DNA from: an uncultured delta proteobacterium | GTDB lineage: Bacteria; Desulfobacterota; Desulfomonilia; UBA1062 | Length of the DNA: 64,000 nt | NCBI GenBank assembly: GCA_963752595.1 | Contig: CAVVYZ010000015.1 | Location: forward strand, 128,001 to 192,000 | Direction: 5' to 3' | Shown here: positions 61,866 through 64,000 of the stretch, piece by piece | Layout of the letters: the number at the start of each line of letters is the position of its first letter | How positions within the stretch are numbered: position 1 is the first letter of the stretch | Made by a program: the position numbers and the translations under genes | The notes under the pieces: generated by a model | What the model was told of the DNA's origin: nothing | The model's input: only the letters and a program-made list of their open reading frames with translations | The model's database searches: none

Positions 61866-62999
61866 GAGGGTCAGGAAATATATCCGGCCTTCTGTGCTGG
61901 CTACGACTTTATTAATCTCCTGGCCTTCTAGTAATGGGGGGGTCCACCAGCTCGATCCGTCCCACCGGTATTTCCCGCACCAGATATATCCGTCAATATC
62001 AACGTCGAGAGTATGAGCAACTTCCCCTGCGGGCGGTTGAGAACCGAGCTCATTTCCATTCTTGCATACCTTGTCTTCCGTAACATGCCATAGGGTTATT
62101 GTCTGGTCACTCTCAATATCCTGGGTCGTTTTATCGTCTCCAACAACCTCCAGGACTGCCCATGATTCACCCGTTGGGTCCGGACTCATACTGAGATCGA
62201 TGGAAAGTAAGGGATCGAAGCTGTAGATTCCCTGGCTTGTAGCAAAATAAATGAGATACTTTCCTCGTACGATGGCATTCGTCTTTTCCGATTTGATGAT
62301 ATTCCATGTTGAGCTTGATGGAAGATACCTATGCATACCGGAATCTGAACCTACAAACAATGCATCGGAATCGTACAAAATGTCATGAATAGATACGCAA
62401 TCAGTGCACCCAATTGTATTTGAATTACCTGATGATTGAATCGTGATTTTATTGTCTGCCGAAGAGCCGCCCCAAAGGGTATAGGAAAAGTCACTATAAC
62501 CTATGAACATGGTACTAAAGGCACCTGCCCATGAAGTGGACTGATTCGATGTAGAGGTAATATACCAAACCTCTCCATTCTCTGTGGAGATCCATATACC
62601 TCCGAGCCGTGATTCGCCCTGTTTTTCTATGGATAAAACCGTGCCCTCGTCATAGACCGTCTCAAGTTCCCGTGCGCTCACCTGTATACTGAAAACATGA
62701 GTTTCGTTTTGGTCCTTTTCATCGGTGACCGTACAGTAGACCTTGTATGTACCCAAGGTATCAGGCGTCTTCCAATAGGCAAAGTTATCAGTGGCTTCTC
62801 CTGCTTCGAGCACACCGCCTTCCGCCTGCCATGTATAGTGCAAGGGGAAATTGTCACTTACGCTTAAAACTTGGAAGAGCACCTTCTGGCCTGTTACCGG
62901 ATTATTATCAGAGACGGTTGCGTCGACGATCGAGGGATGCGATGGTGAACAGCCCCATAAGAACCAAGCCGCAATGCAAACAGCAATGAATTTTTTCAA
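61842..62999 (-). CDS. Hypothetical lipoprotein (Ig-like domain plus beta-propeller-like region)
   Basis: LWGC lipobox, YTW..GG.L..W.TP..GTY.V.CTV.D, then beta-rich repeats (IWIST, LFVGSDSG, IYFATSQGI). Confidence 0.7.
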   Translation of the reverse strand: MKKFIAVCIAAWFLWGCSPSHPSIVDATVSDNNPVTGQKVLFQVLSVSDNFPLHYTWQAEGGVLEAGEATDNFAYWKTPDTLGTYKVYCTVTDEKDQNETHVFSIQVSARELETVYDEGTVLSIEKQGESRLGGIWISTENGEVWYITSTSNQSTSWAGAFSTMFIGYSDFSYTLWGGSSADNKITIQSSGNSNTIGCTDCVSIHDILYDSDALFVGSDSGMHRYLPSSSTWNIIKSEKTNAIVRGKYLIYFATSQGIYSFDPLLSIDLSMSPDPTGESWAVLEVVGDDKTTQDIESDQTITLWHVTEDKVCKNGNELGSQPPAGEVAHTLDVDIDGYIWCGKYRWDGSSWWTPPLLEGQEINKVVASTEGRIYFLTLSGALLRW

Positions 63000-63249
63000 T
63001 GGACCCTCCGAAGTCTTTCTCTGCTACGTCCTAGCAGATCACCTCGAAACAGGCAAGCCCGCAATGGGCAGGTTGCTTTACCTGCCGAGTTCATATAGAG
63101 CTTTGATTGGATGCTCCATATTCGTTGCCATTTACCCTGCATGCTGTTATGGTAATAAATATGATTTTATCCATCATACGTGCCTGCAAGATTCGTAGGG
63201 AAGCCCGTTCTCATGAGATTGCACAGCCATACTCTTAAGAGGTGATTCA

Positions 63250-64000
63250 ATGATATTGGGTATAGACGTGGGCGGCACTCACACGGATGCCGTATGCATC
63301 GACCGGGGGAAAATCATAGCGACGGCAAAGTCACTGACCGGACACGATCTGGTACAATCGATCCACAAGGTCATAGATGCACTTGATATAGAATACAAGA
63401 ATATCAGGCGGACGATCCTTTCCACAACGCTCTCTACAAACTCGATCATCGAGAAAACCTTTGAGCCCACGGGCATGATCGTTTCCGCCGGCCCGGGAAT
63501 CCATCCCGGTAACTACTTTCTCACCGAGGACTTCCATCTCGTAGCAGGGGCCGTTGACCATCGCGGCAGGGAGTATATCCCCATCAGTAGGGATGAGATC
63601 ATCAACGCAGCCCGGACGCTAAAAAGCAAAGGGATTGCGGGCGTGGGCATTGTTTCGAAATTCTCCGTGAGAAACCCTGCCCATGAGATGAATATATATT
63701 CCCTCGTTGAAAAAGATTTTGAGCATGTTTCGATGGGGCATTCTCTGAGCGGCCACCTGAACTTTCCCAGGCGTATCTACACCACCTATTTCAACACCGC
63801 CGTGATGCCGGTGCAGAGACGCTTCGTCCATTCCGTAAGCCGGGCTCTGGCCGAGCTTGGTATTCATTCGCAGCTGCTCTTCCTCAAGGCTGACGGCGGC
63901 ACGTATTCTGAATCAGCTGCAGATAAATGCCCGGTAGAGACCATCCTGTCAGGGCCGGCAGCAAGCATGATGGGCGGGCTTGCCTTGTGCAGCGATCCGG
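63250..64000 (+). CDS. Hydantoinase/oxoprolinase family protein (runs off the window end)
   Basis: Not in the ORF track. Read by eye: MILGIDVGGTHTDAV, LSTTL.TN, RNPAHE, LKADGG, PVETILSGPAAS. Confidence 0.9.
   Translation, partial: MILGIDVGGTHTDAVCIDRGKIIATAKSLTGHDLVQSIHKVIDALDIEYKNIRRTILSTTLSTNSIIEKTFEPTGMIVSAGPGIHPGNYFLTEDFHLVAGAVDHRGREYIPISRDEIINAARTLKSKGIAGVGIVSKFSVRNPAHEMNIYSLVEKDFEHVSMGHSLSGHLNFPRRIYTTYFNTAVMPVQRRFVHSVSRALAELGIHSQLLFLKADGGTYSESAADKCPVETILSGPAASMMGGLALCSDP

Overview
A gene-dense 64 kb stretch that looks like an anaerobic deltaproteobacterial (Desulfobacterota-like) chromosome; the taxon is inferred from gene content. It carries housekeeping genes (mdh, metF, galE, prc, coaD, rsmD, pyrF, gmk, ftsY, miaB), signalling genes and many acyl-CoA/lipid-metabolism genes. 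I found no rRNA, tRNA, CRISPR array or prophage. Two candidates for undescribed biology stand out. (1) At 31.4-38.7 kb, a TetR-associated locus encodes a ~990 aa glycyl-radical enzyme of the eliminase (GCVE) type with an extra N-terminal SCP2-like lipid-binding domain, plus its activating enzyme. An aldehyde:ferredoxin oxidoreductase and a 4x[4Fe-4S] ferredoxin are transcribed divergently, suggesting radical conversion of a lipophilic substrate to an aldehyde and then an acid. (2) At 21.3-22.3 kb, a stand-alone protein carries an FrpC-like Asp-Pro self-processing ('clip-and-link') module without RTX repeats, behind a sigma28-type promoter matching the one upstream of fliS. Also present are an internally deleted IS200/IS605 element and several candidate operators. 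The segments 24.3-24.9 kb and 32.5-40.5 kb are full of 1-nt indels, most likely consensus errors, so those genes were reconstructed by eye. Family calls come from motif recognition, not database searches.
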